Below are positions 37,431 to 49,600 of a stretch of DNA of 50,020 nt, piece by piece (positions within the stretch are counted from its first letter, which is position 1; each line of letters opens with the position of its first letter). The position numbers and the translations under genes were made by a program. The notes below the pieces were generated by a model. That model searched no databases and had not been told where the DNA came from. It was given only the letters and a program-made list of their open reading frames with translations. The DNA lies in the NCBI GenBank assembly GCA_041576165.1, contig JBFGLM010000035.1, forward strand, positions 1 through 50,020, given 5' to 3'. Origin of the DNA: Acidimicrobiia bacterium (lineage in GTDB: Bacteria; Actinomycetota; Acidimicrobiia; Spongiisociales; Spongiisociaceae).

Positions 37431-37474
37431 GAGCGCGGCGCCTCAGCGGCGGCTCAGCGGCGGCTAAGCGGCGA
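37431..37474 (-). promoter_or_regulatory. 11-bp-periodic direct repeats, probable SARP binding site
   Basis: GCGGCG at 37435, 37446, 37457, 37468; CTCAGCGGCGG x2 plus CTAAGCGGCGA. Confidence 0.65.
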
Positions 37475-37478
37475 GAAA

Positions 37479-37679
37479 CTACTGAGAGAGACCGGATGAC
37501 AAGTTGATGGGACCGGTGCTGCCGACGTGGCGAGCAAAAAAGTCGCCCCGATCGATCACCACCATACCGCCGCTCCGCTTGAGGACCAGCCGGCGCCGGC
37601 ATTCCGTCTCCGGGCAGGCAAACAGTATCTCCTGGCCGTTATCCGATTCGACGTTGAGGACGTGTACCGCGTCCATCAT
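37479..37679 (-). CDS. Small H-CPxxxC-GD-H protein, copy 2
   Basis: AAGGAG RBS; MMDAVH...ACPETECRR...GDFFARHVGST. Confidence 0.8.
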   Translation of the reverse strand: MMDAVHVLNVESDNGQEILFACPETECRRRLVLKRSGGMVVIDRGDFFARHVGSTGPINLSSGLSQ

Positions 37680-37785
37680 GTGCTCCTTGTTGTTCGAGCA
37701 ATCTGGCTGAATTCGCTTTCCCCAGGTTGCCACGCCTGTGTGACAACCTGACAGATTTCGCGCGGAGCGTGGTATTGGCTCCCGG

Positions 37786-38091
37786 CTAACTTTCCCTACC
37801 CGGAAACCCGAGCGCCAAACCCGCCTGCAGTTCAGTCTCGATACCCGTGACCCGTTCACCTGCACCGAAATCAGCCAATACACTGTATCGGTCCCGCACC
37901 GTGACCAATTGACTGCTCTCTGTGAGATGGGGCTCGTCGGACCCGCTCGACCGTTGCGGAACGGTCCTGGTCGGCGACTCCTTCGTTACACGGTACGGCT
38001 GCTTCCCGATCGGGGTCGAGTTGACCTCCGGGACCGGCCGGGCCGGCGCCCGGGGATCCCCACCGCTCGGCGTAACCTGCGGTCGCCACAA
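37786..38091 (-). CDS. Possible hypothetical protein
   Basis: GGAGG upstream of TTG; no recognisable family. Confidence 0.25.
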   Translation of the reverse strand: MWRPQVTPSGGDPRAPARPVPEVNSTPIGKQPYRVTKESPTRTVPQRSSGSDEPHLTESSQLVTVRDRYSVLADFGAGERVTGIETELQAGLALGFPGRES

Positions 38092-38208
38092 CCCTCATCC
38101 TCCAGTTGAGGTTGAGTCTTGTCGGCTCGGCCGCTGTCCTCATGGGCGTTGGCAACTGTCCCCGCTGCCGTGCCCACCACGCCGCCGATCGTGTTTGGCC
38201 AGACCTAT

Positions 38209-38243
38209 GCGCCGGCTCGGGCCCCCCGAGCCCGGGCCGGCGC
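38209..38243 (-). terminator. Hairpin downstream of the VOC gene
   Basis: GCGCCGGCTCGGG ... CCCGGGCCGGCGC. Confidence 0.55.
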
Positions 38244-38254
38244 AAGCTGTAAAC

Positions 38255-39073
38255 CTACTGGGGCGCGCTGATAACCGAGAATGTCCCGCCTTGGGGATCG
38301 TTGACCACCGAGATCCGTCCGGCCATGGTGTCGAACGCCGGAACGCTGACGTTGCCCCCCAGCTCCGTGAGCTTCTCGAGCGTGGCGTCGGTATCGGCCA
38401 CCCGGAAGTAGAGCATCCAGTGGGCGGGTATCTCGTCCGGCCAGTTTTCGTCCATGGCGATGATGCCGCCGTTGAAGTCGTCATCCATGTCGCCGTCGCC
38501 GTCGACCTTGCTATCGAGGTGGATGGTCCAGTAGTCGACTGGGTTTCCGGCCGCCGGATCGGCCGCCATCTTCTCGATACGCCAGGGCAGGATGGCACCG
38601 AAGAAGGCCCGGGCGGCCTCGACGTCGCGGGTCGCCAGCTCGTTCCAGGCCATGACGTTGTTGCCCCGGAAGGTGTCGGCTCCGCGGTGGGTTCCCGGCT
38701 GCCACAGTCCTACTGCGGCGCCGGTCGGATCGGCGATGAACGCCATCCGGCCGGTGTCCATCACGTCCATGACCGGCACGATCACCTGGGCGCCGTTGGC
38801 GGTTGCGTCTTCGACGACCGCGTCGACGCTGTCGACGTTGATGTAGGAATTCCAGACCGGCGGCATACCTTTCATCATCTCGGATTGCGGGCCGAGCCCG
38901 GCCACCTGTTTGCCGTCTTGCGAGAACAGGGTGTAGATGTAGTTGCCATCTGGATCGTGCTGATCAGCGCCATCCCAACCGAACAAGGCCGAGTAAAAGG
39001 CGGACGCAGCCTGCGGATCCGGTGCTGCGAGGTCGGCCCACGTGAAGAGGCCGTGGGGATACGTATCTGCCAT
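38255..39073 (-). CDS. Two-domain VOC protein (Rv0577/CFP32-like)
   Basis: FTWADL..PD...A.AFY..LFGW; GRMAFIADPTGA; WNELATRD; DPQGG.F. Confidence 0.92.
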   Translation of the reverse strand: MADTYPHGLFTWADLAAPDPQAASAFYSALFGWDGADQHDPDGNYIYTLFSQDGKQVAGLGPQSEMMKGMPPVWNSYINVDSVDAVVEDATANGAQVIVPVMDVMDTGRMAFIADPTGAAVGLWQPGTHRGADTFRGNNVMAWNELATRDVEAARAFFGAILPWRIEKMAADPAAGNPVDYWTIHLDSKVDGDGDMDDDFNGGIIAMDENWPDEIPAHWMLYFRVADTDATLEKLTELGGNVSVPAFDTMAGRISVVNDPQGGTFSVISAPQ

Positions 39074-39243
39074 GCGACGTTCCTTCCATTTCAGCGGTTC
39101 CGACTTGCCCGAAAGCTACACGCCGCAACCGACAGACATGGGCCCCACAGTGAAGGCCTGGTGCGCCGGCCAACCAACCCCTGAAGCACGTTCATCGACA
39201 TCGTGACCTGAAGAATTCGACCGATTCTGCCGAAATAGATCGT

Positions 39244-40653
39244 ATGGCATCCCACGAGGAAGGCCGCTCGAGACTTGACCGGGTCCTCGGAATCACGGTG
39301 CTGACGGGCCTGTCTCTGGTGCTCGTCGTCGGTGTCGTTTTCGCGATCGCCTACGGCAGCCGCAACATCACCAGTCGCGCCACCGACCTCCACACGGCCG
39401 ACGAGAGTCTCCGATCGGCCACGGTGGTCCGAGCGCAGGTCACGCTCGCCACCTACATGGCTTCTGTGGATCAGCGGCTCGGCACGGTGACGCTTGAACC
39501 ACGCGAGTTGTCCCAAGAGGAGGCCGGCCTGGCCCTGGCCGATATGGAAACGGGCGTCGACGAATTGCGGTCGGACGGTGTCGCCGGCCCGGACCTGCTG
39601 GGAGCTGCCAACCGCTTCGGTGCCACCAGTCGCGAAGCGTTGGCTTTCCTCGATGGCGGTGACGTAATGGCTGCCCAGCAGCTGGTCGACACCGAGTTTG
39701 ACGAAGCGTTTCGCGCCCTCGCGGGGCATCTCGTCGGCATGCGCGATCAGTTGGCGGCGGATGTAGAAGCCTCGGACGTGCTGCTCGGCCGGATCGGCAA
39801 CATTGCGCGTTTCCTCGTTGCCTTCTTCATCCCTGCCGCGGTGATTTTGATCTATCGGGAGCTCGTCCGTCGCCGTCAGACAGAGTCCGATCTAGAACGC
39901 CGCCTCGAGTCCGAGCGGCAACTTGCTCGCTACCGAGAGGAATTCATCGCCAACGCTTCGCACGAGCTCCGAACGCCACTCACGGGCATCGTAGGGATGG
40001 CAATGATCGCTGAAGAGGACCGGGCCGTTCGGGAATCTCCGATGCTCAAAGAGCTCGTGCACACGATCATCACCGAGGCCAATGATCTGTCGCGGATGGT
40101 TGAGGATCTCCTCACCACTGCCCGACTCGATGCGGGTGCCCTGAGCTACAGCTTCGAGGACGTGGAGATCGACCGCGAGGTCAACAACGCAGCCGCCAGC
40201 CTCATTCAGGGCGGACTGAATGTCACCATCGACTCTGAACCAGCTCTGATCAGGGCGGACCGCACCCGCATCCGGCAGGTCGTCCGCAACCTGCTCTCAA
40301 ATGCGTACAAGTACGGGGGGCCCAAGGTCCAGGTCACCGGCCGGATCGCCGACATGACATACATCCTCTCCGTGTGCGACGACGGCAAAGGCTTGCCATC
40401 AGAGGTCGAGACCCGACTGTTCCAGCGCTTCGTCCACGCCGACCAGCGTGCCGGCACCATCGACAGTGTCGGCCTCGGACTCTCCATCGTGCACGCTCTC
40501 GTCAATGGGATGGGCGGGGCGGTCACGTATCACCGCCGGCCCGGCGAGACGCGCTTCGACGTGCGTATGCCGCTGGTCGGGGCACTGCTCGATTTCGCCG
40601 GCGTCTCCTCCGATGTTTCGGCCGCGTTCCGGAGCGAGCGTGCCGCGTACTGA
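39244..40653 (+). CDS. Orphan sensor histidine kinase, paralog of 23793-25181
   Basis: [30 protein letters not shown]; shared second-TM motif [10 protein letters not shown]. Confidence 0.93.
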   Translation: MASHEEGRSRLDRVLGITVLTGLSLVLVVGVVFAIAYGSRNITSRATDLHTADESLRSATVVRAQVTLATYMASVDQRLGTVTLEPRELSQEEAGLALADMETGVDELRSDGVAGPDLLGAANRFGATSREALAFLDGGDVMAAQQLVDTEFDEAFRALAGHLVGMRDQLAADVEASDVLLGRIGNIARFLVAFFIPAAVILIYRELVRRRQTESDLERRLESERQLARYREEFIANASHELRTPLTGIVGMAMIAEEDRAVRESPMLKELVHTIITEANDLSRMVEDLLTTARLDAGALSYSFEDVEIDREVNNAAASLIQGGLNVTIDSEPALIRADRTRIRQVVRNLLSNAYKYGGPKVQVTGRIADMTYILSVCDDGKGLPSEVETRLFQRFVHADQRAGTIDSVGLGLSIVHALVNGMGGAVTYHRRPGETRFDVRMPLVGALLDFAGVSSDVSAAFRSERAAY

Positions 40654-43600
40654 CCGTGAAGCCGTCCTTCCTTCTCCGCACTTGACGTCGAGGTTCAACA
40701 GCCTGGCCGTCCGTCTCTCGCTTGCCGGTGTCATGGCGATCCTTGCATTCGTGTTTTCGCTGTCGGCCGACGCCAACCCCGACACCAGCATCCGGGATGA
40801 ATTCGCCGACGCACGCTGGGACGGCGATGACGGCGGTATTGAATGGAGTGGCGGCTGGGCCGAGTCAGAGTCCGACGGGCCGGAGACCGGCTCGATCCAG
40901 ATTGCCGGCAAGGCTGGTGGGCATTGCGCAGCGTCCCCCTGCCTCAGGATCGGCGGCGCCGGCGCGCGCAGCGAATGGATCGAGCGACGGGCCGACCTCA
41001 CCCAAGCGCTCACCGCCCAGCTCCGGTTCACCTGGTCGGTCGACGCGGAGCTGGGCTACTGGTCCGAACGCGTGGCGGCAACGGTGGACATCTCCTCCGA
41101 CGACGGAGGATCCTGGACCACGCTGCACACGTTCCCGGAAGGTCAGTTCGGCCCGGTTGGCGAACTGGCAACCCACGACATCTCGGCATGGGTCGGCAGT
41201 GAAGTCGTACTGCGGATCACGTCCAATGCCGCGCCTGAGCTCGTCGGCTTCTTCTACATCGACGATTTCGAAATCCTCCTCGGCCTGAACGAGCCACCGG
41301 TGGCAGAACCAGACGAGGTGGTAGCGACGGCCGAGTCCCTGAACATTGACGTGCTTGCGAACGACGTCGACCCCGACGGTCACCTGCTGTCGGTGACCGA
41401 GGTTGGGCCTCCGGTCCATGGCACAGTCGAGCTCGGGCCCGACGGATCGATGGTGTATTTCCCACCGCCCAACTGGGAGGGCGAGGACGAGTTCTCATAC
41501 TGGGTGACCGACGGAATCGCCGTGACTGAGGGTGTGGTACGGGTTGCATACGCCGGTGAGCATCCCAACGGCGACGGTGCCGAGTCAGAAACGCAGCCAC
41601 CGGAGGAGCCGGAAGGCAACTCGGTTTCAGCAACCGATTCATCGGCGCCGGACGGCACGGCACCCGTGCCGGAGCCTGATGAGCAAACCGAGGAGGTACC
41701 TGATGGCCCCCTCGCCAAGCAAGTGCCGCCCAAGGTTGCTGATAACGAGTCTTCGCCGGTCGTGATGAACGCACACGAGTGGCGGGTGACCTTGCCTCCG
41801 GAGCCGTTGGGCACCCGGCTCGAATTCGAGCGCAATCTGGGCCACGCCGACGCTGCCCTCGACGCCATGGCCCGTGCCAAGGACTACGCGGTGCTGCTGG
41901 CCGGGGGCGATGCCACGCTCACGCTCGATCACACAGATCAGCAGCATGAGGTTCGGATGAGCTTCGTCGGGAGCGCGAACGACCCACATCTCAGAGGTCT
42001 TGAGGCCTCGCAGACACCGTCGGATGTGCCACGCTTCACGTCCGTAGTTTATGACGACATCTTTCCCGGCATCGACGTCGTTTACTCGGCAGACGGCACG
42101 GAACTCGCATATGACCTCGTCGTGGCTCCCGGTGCCGACCCCACCGACATTGCCGTCGACTTCGCCGGGGGCAATCGGCTCGAGGTCAACCAAGACGGCT
42201 CGTTGCTGCTGGACCGGCGTGGCGGCCGTGATCTCATCGCTACTGCACCGATCTCGTTCCAGACGGTCGATGGAAGCCGGGTCGAGGTGGAGAGCGCCTA
42301 CCTAATCAACGACGATGGCACGCTCGGCTTCGACATCAGCGAATTCGACACTGCGCTCCCGCTCATCATCGACCCGACCTTCAAGTCGGTCGCCACCAAC
42401 TCGACCGGCCAAACGCCCAGCATCACCATTTCCGCGCCGGCGGGGGTGGTCCCCGGTGACGTGCTGATCGCCGCCATTGCCCTTCGTGGAACCGCGTCGG
42501 GAGTCGTTGTCACTGCGCCCGCTGGCTGGAACTTGATCCGGGAGGACGTGCAAGATGGCGAGCAGTCCCAGCACCTCTACTACAAGGTCGCTACCGGCAG
42601 CGAACCGGCCTCCTATCAGTTCACCTACAACCAATCGCGCGAAGCCGCCGGTGCCATTGCCGCCTATAGCGACGTCGACACCACCAACCCCATCGACGCC
42701 CACAGCGGACAGTACAACCCGGGTTCACCGCCCACAGCGCCGTCGATCGCCACGACGGTGGCCGACACCACTGTGCTGGCTGTTTTCGGAATGAGGAACG
42801 GAGGGTCGATCGACCCTCCTGTCGGGATGACCGAACGATGGGACGAACCTGGAGTGATCAGCATCGAAGGCTCCGATGAGGCGTTCGCCGGACCCGGAGC
42901 CACCGGGGCACGCTCGTCGCCAACCTCGACTTCCCCCACGATCGGTCAGCTCATTGCCCTCGCACCGGCTTCAGCGCTCGTCGTCAACTCCACCGGCGAC
43001 ACCGCCGACAACGACCTCTTGGACGGTGTGTGCGACACGGGCGGGACCAACAGCCAGGGAGCGACCGAGTGCACCCTTCGGGCCGCAATCGAGGAAGCGA
43101 ATGCGCTGGCCGGCGCCGACACGATCGAGTTCAACATGCCGGCTACGGAGCCGGGTCACTCCGGTGGCGTGTGGACCATTGCCCCCGGGTCGGCACTGCC
43201 GGGTATTGCAAGCACCATCACCCTCGACGCGTCGACGCAGCCCGGGCATGTTGCCAACAGCACGGTCTTCCCCAACCCGATGGACAGCTCGTTGGCGGTA
43301 CGACTCTCGGGTGCTTCTGCTCCGATCGACACGGGCGGCTTGGCGGTCTTGGCCGGCTCCGTCGGCACTGAGATCCGAGGACTTTCGATCACCGGTTTCA
43401 CGGGCGCGAGCGCAGAGGCAATTGGACTGTCGGGAGCCGTCGACACGGTGATCGGTGGGAACTACCTCGGCGTTGCACCGGACGGCCTGAGCGTCGATGC
43501 CAACAACACGGCCGTTGCCGTCTATGCCAACTCCACCGGCACGATCATCGGCGGGCCGCTTCCCCAAGACCGAAACATGATGTCCGGAAACGTCTATGCC

Positions 43601-46600
43601 GGTGTGTCGGTCGCAGCCGCGACTGCGACCGGCACCGTGATTCAAGGGAACGAGATCGGGGTCGTCGGTGACGGCAGCTTGAGCGGCAACGACATCGGAG
43701 TGATCGCCATTGGTGACTCGACGGGGACCGTCATCGGTGGCGACCAAGCAGGTGAAGGGAACCGCATCGCCGGTTCCGCTTTCCTCGGGGTTCAGATTGG
43801 TTCTGGCGCCAGCTCCACCTCAGCCTCGATCCTGGGCAATCACATCTGGGGAAGCACCGGTCTCGGTATCGACCTCAAGAACCCCAACGGCGTCAATCCC
43901 AACGACCCAGGCGATGGAGACTTGGGTGCGAACGACCTGCTCAACTACCCAGTGATCACCGCCGCCAACGAGTCTGGGGGAACGGTCACCGTCGACTTCG
44001 ATCTGGATGTCCCGGACGGCAACTATCGGGTCGAGTTCTTCACCAACCCGTCCGGTGCCGACGCTTCCGGCTACGGCGAAGGTGAGATCTTCGCCGGCTC
44101 AGTCAACGTATCGGTATCCGGCGGAGTGCCGACTCCGGCTTCTGCAGCATTCTCCGGCTCGGCCGGCGACGTCGTGACTGCCACGGCGACCCAGGGCACG
44201 GCGGCACCTTTCGGCCCGACGTCCGAGTTCTCAGCGGCGTTCACCGTGTCCGCCGCCTTCGTCGTCAACTCCACCGGCGATGCCTCGGACAACAGCATCG
44301 GCGATGGCCTCTGCGATACCGGCGGTACCAACAGCGAACTCAACTCGGAGTGCACGCTGCGGGCCGCCATTGAAGAGGCCAACTTCGCCTCCGATTCCGA
44401 CACGATCGAGTTCAACATGCCGGCGACGGAGCCGGGGCATTCGTTAGGCATCTGGACGATCGTGCCGACGGGGCCGTACGACGACATCATCGAGACAGTG
44501 ACTATCGACGCTACCACCCAACCCGGGTTCCGCGGCGCCCCGATCGTTCAGCTCGACGGAAGCGACCCTGGCGCCGACCTGGCCACCGCCGCCCTCACCC
44601 TCGAAGCCAACAACAGCCTGATCGAGGGATTCATCGTCCACAGCTGGGACGACGAGGGTCTCGAGATCGACGCCTCCACGGGCAGAGGCGACTTCAACAC
44701 ACTGCGCAACAACTGGGTCGGGATCGATGCCTCGGAGACTGCCACCTTCATCGGCGACGCCGGCATCCTCATCACCGTCGGAGCCAACGACAACACCATC
44801 GAAAACAACGTGGTAGGAGGCGCCACCAACTCGGGCATCGTCGTTCGCAACCTCGGCTCCGATGACAACATTGTCATCGGCAACTCCGTCGGCGTCGGGC
44901 CCGACGGGACTTCACCGATCCCCAATGGCCTGCACGGCATCGAGCTCTACGACCAGGTCGCCAACAACCGCATCGGCGGGACCGGGGCGGGCGAACCCAA
45001 CCTCATCGCCAACAACGTCGGGGCTGGCATCGCCCTCAATGCAAATTCGGGTTCCGGCAACGCGATCGTCGAGAACGCGATCTATGCCAATGGCGGGTTG
45101 GGCATCGACATCGGCATCGACGGGTCCACCGCCAACGATGCTGGCGACGGCGACCTGGGTGCCAACGATCTCCTCAACTACCCGGTGATCACCGCCGCCG
45201 TCGATGTCGGCGGGACACTCAATGTCGACTTCGATCTCGATGTGCCTGCCGGCGACTACACGGTCGAGTTCTTCGTCAACCCGGGCGGCGGCGACGGCTC
45301 GGGGTTCGGCGAGGGCGAGAGCCTCGTAAGCGCCTATTCGGTGGTCGGCCACCCTGGCGGGCTGGCCTCTTACGCAACCTCGATCGCCGGTGCGGCCGGT
45401 GAGATCCTCACTGCCACCGCCACCGAGGTGCTGGCGGGCCTAACCCCGAGCTCGACATCGGAGTTTTCGGCCACCTTGACCGCGACGATGCCAGGACCGG
45501 TGCCGGAAGGGCTCTGGCTGTCGACGGTCAACGATGTGGCATCGGCGAGTGGCGCACCAGGCCTCGACTCGTGGTCGGGCGGATCGGCGCTGGTGTTCGG
45601 GGATCCCGGCCTCGCCTTCGAGCCACCGGCCACCACCGGCACATTCTCGCTCCTCGCCGATTTCGACGCCCAAGGACAGGACGGCAACGTCGTGCTGGTC
45701 GGTCTCGATCATGTGCGGGTCGCCACCGATGTCGGAGCTTCTCCCACCGTCAGCGTCTTGCCGGGCGACGTGTTGCTGTCGACAGCCGACAACGAGGTAT
45801 TCGTCAACTGGGACGCCACTACCACCGCCACCGAGGCCAAAGACGTCATCCTCTTCCGCCCCCGCACGCCAGGCGACTACACGTCTGGGACATTCTCCGT
45901 GCTGCTCGACGGCCCACTCGCCTCTGTCAGAGACATGTCGCTCATCGAGGCCGCCACCCTGGTCGGTGACCAGGTGCTCCCGGCAGGCAGCATCCTCCTG
46001 ACCGATGCGAAGATCATCTATCACCTCGATCCGACCGGTGCCGGACCGCTTGTTCCGCCCGGCTCACCCACGGTGCTCGTGAACGGCCCCGATGTCGGCA
46101 TCGACCAGAACATCGTCGGCCTCCACATCATCGACGACGCCATCCGCATCGACGGGGTCGATCTCACCGTCGGCGACCTGCTGGTCTCTCTCGACAACAC
46201 CGATGCCACCACGGGAGACAATGGAATACCCACGGTCCGACAGGACGTCTTCATCCTCGAGCTGACCCGGACGACTGCCGGGCCGGTCGGCGTTGCAGCA
46301 GGTGATGCGACGCTGTTCTTCGACGGGAGCGACGTAGGGCTCAATCTGAATGAGGAAGACGTTCGCGGACTCGCGTTCGTGGGCGGGACTCCGATCAGTG
46401 CCCCGATCATCAACGACGACTCAGTGATCACGAGGCGTAACGATCCGAGCATCGTCGCGCCGTTGGTCAATGACGTCGACCCCAACGGCGACCCGCTGTC
46501 GATCCAGTCCTTCACCCAACCTGCCAACGGCACCGTGGTCGACAACGGCGACGGCACGCTCACGTTCGTGCCCGACTTCGACTTCGCCGGCTCTGACTCC

Positions 46601-49600
46601 TTCACCTACACGGCAATGGACGGTGCCGAGACCGCCGTGGCCACCGTGTTCATCGACGTCCGGACGCAGGAGTTGCGAATCGCTACCCGCGACCCGGTGG
46701 CGGGGAGCGGAACCCCCGGATTGACCACGTGGACCACCGGACAGCTGCTGTCCCTCGGCGACCCGGGTTTTGCTCTCTTCCCGCCGTCCAGCAACGGCAC
46801 GGTCGGCGAGGCCATCAACCTGGACAGATTCGCCTCGGACGGTGATGCCAAGATCGGAGCCGTTCACGAGGTTGCGATCGCTCGGACGATTGGTAGCGGT
46901 CCGACCGCATTCAACCTCGAGCCTCGTGATCAGCTCCTGGTCAGCGACGCGTCGGAGACGTTCTACGGAGACACCACGAGCATCTCGGTTAGCGACTCGG
47001 ATGTGTTCGTGTTCCGACCCGACCGGCCCGGCGACTCGGCCACGTCCGGTGAGTTCTATTTCCTGCTGGATAATCCCGCTGCGGCCGGATCGGTGCGGTC
47101 GATGACGCTGGTCGAGTACGACACGATCGTTGCTGACACCCATTTCACCGCCGGGACCTTCCTGTTCTCGTCATCGTCCGATCCGAAGCGATTCATGTCC
47201 TACACCGCCGACGCCACCGGGTTGGGCACGACGTCCGGCACACTCAACGAGGTCATCGACATGGCCGACGCTGGACTCGGCGGAACCATCGAGGGCATCG
47301 ATCTGATCGAGAGGACGATCACCATCGGGGGTCAGACACTGACTGAGGGGACGCTCCTCGCCACGACCGACGGAGAGACGACGGTGGCGGGTCTTCCAGT
47401 CGAGCGCTGGGACATCTTCTCCATCGACGTGACGCAGACCACGCTGGTTGCGGGAACCACCGCCGCCACTGCCGCCATGCTCTTCGACGGCTCACAGGCG
47501 ATGTTCGATGACAACACGGAGAACTTGTTCGCCATCGATGTGTTCGCGGTCCCTGACGGCGCCGCAGGCAATACACCACCGGTCGCCGTGGACGACGTGG
47601 CGGTGACCACCTCCGCCAAGCCAGTGGTCATCCTGGTCACCAGCAATGACGTCGATGCCGACCTCGATCCATTGACGGTTGGCGCTGTCACCGATGGCGC
47701 CAACGGAACGGTGATCGACAACGGCGACGGCACCGTCACCTACACCAGCTCGCCGACCTTCACCGGCGTCGATGCGTTCGCCTATCGGGTAAGCGACGGC
47801 AACGGCGGCACCGACACGGCCTTCGTCACAGTCACGGTTGACCCCGCGTTCGTCGTCAACTCGACCGGTGACGCCTCCGATAACAACCTCGGGGACGGTC
47901 TCTGCGACACCGGCGGCACCAACAGCCAGGGTGACCCGGAATGCACGCTCCGCGCTGCGATCGAGCAGGCCAACGCCCTCGCTGGAGCCGATGACATCAA
48001 CTTCAGCATCCCCACCTCTGAGCCCGGCTACTCGGCCTTGCCGCTCCGCTACATGATTCAAGTCGGATCGCCGATGGAGCCTTTGGCAACAACGGTCTCC
48101 ATCGATGCCACGACGCAACCCGACTATCCGGGAACCCCCATCATCGAACTGGACGGCTCCACTCTGGCTTCACTGGAAGACGGGCTGACCGTCACCGGAG
48201 ACAACGTCGAGATCCGGGGCCTGGTCATCAACCGCTTCCCGGGCGACGGCATCGGCGTCGACGCCACTGCGGCGGGCACGGTGATCGCTGGTAACTACAT
48301 CGGCACCGATGTCACGGGCCTCGTCGACCTCGGTAACGGGCGGCGGGGTATCGACCTGGTGAGTGGATCAGGACCAACCACGGTCGGCGGCACGGCGATC
48401 GCCGACCGTAACGTGATCTCTGGCAGCCAATCAGACGGTATCGTCATCTGGGGGTCCGACGGCAACACGATCGTCGGTAACTACATCGGCACCGACGCTA
48501 CCGGCAACGCGCTGTTGCCCAATGCGATAGACGGGGTTCGGCTCGGCGGCGGGGCGGACAACAACATCGTGGGCCAAGCCGGCTCCGGCAATGTCATTTC
48601 CGGCAACGGCAACGACGGCGTCGAGATAACCGACAGCTCGACGGGCAACATCCTGCACGGCAACCTGATCGGCCTTGGCGCCAACGGGACAACGATCGTC
48701 GCCAACGGCCGTCACGGAGTCGTGCTGTACAACGGCGCCAACGGCAACTTCATCGGCGGTAGCACCGTGGGCGAAGGCAACGTCATTTCGGCCAATGTCA
48801 CCAACGGTGTGGTGATCGACGGCAACGGTGGAGCGACGACTACGGCAAACGTCTTCTACGGCAACTACATCGGCACGGACGTCGGCGGCACGCTCGACCG
48901 GGGCAATGGTGGCGCAGGCATCTACGTCTTCAACGGAGCGAACAGCAACACCGTGGGCGGGGCAACCGCCGGCCACCGCAACGTGATCTCCGGCAACACC
49001 ACCGACGGCATCTACCTGCAGAACGCCGGCACCACCGGCAACGTGATCAAGGGCAACTACGTCGGCGTCGATGCCACGGGCATCGCCGCTCGCCCAAATG
49101 GCGATCGCGGGGTGCAGATCGAGTCGGGTGCCAACAACACAGTTGTGGGTGGAAGCCTGGCCGGAGAGGGCAACGTGATCTCCGGCAACGGCAACGACGG
49201 GATCATCATCAGCGACGGGGCCATTCCGGGGACCGGCACCACCGGCTCGATCATCGAAGGCAACCTGATCGGGGTCGGCGCTGATGGTGTCACCCCACTG
49301 GGCAACGGCACCAACGGCGTGAGGGTCACCACCGAGGACGGGCATCGCATCGGCGGTACCGCCGCCGGCGCCGGCAACGTCATCGCACACAACGTCACCC
49401 GTGGTGTCGACATCCAGAACGCCAGCGCAGTCAACAACCCCATCCTGGGCAACTCGATCCACTCCAACGCCAACATCGGGATCGACCTCAACGACGATGG
49501 TGTCACCGCCAACGACCCCGGCGACGGCGACAGCGGCGCCAACGACCTGCTCAACTTCCCCGTGCTGACGTCGGCGATCGAGGTTGCCGGCACGATCACG

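Noticed and set aside
37922-39184. 420-aa plus-strand ORF
   Set aside because: Antisense shadow of the VOC gene with no protein-like motifs.
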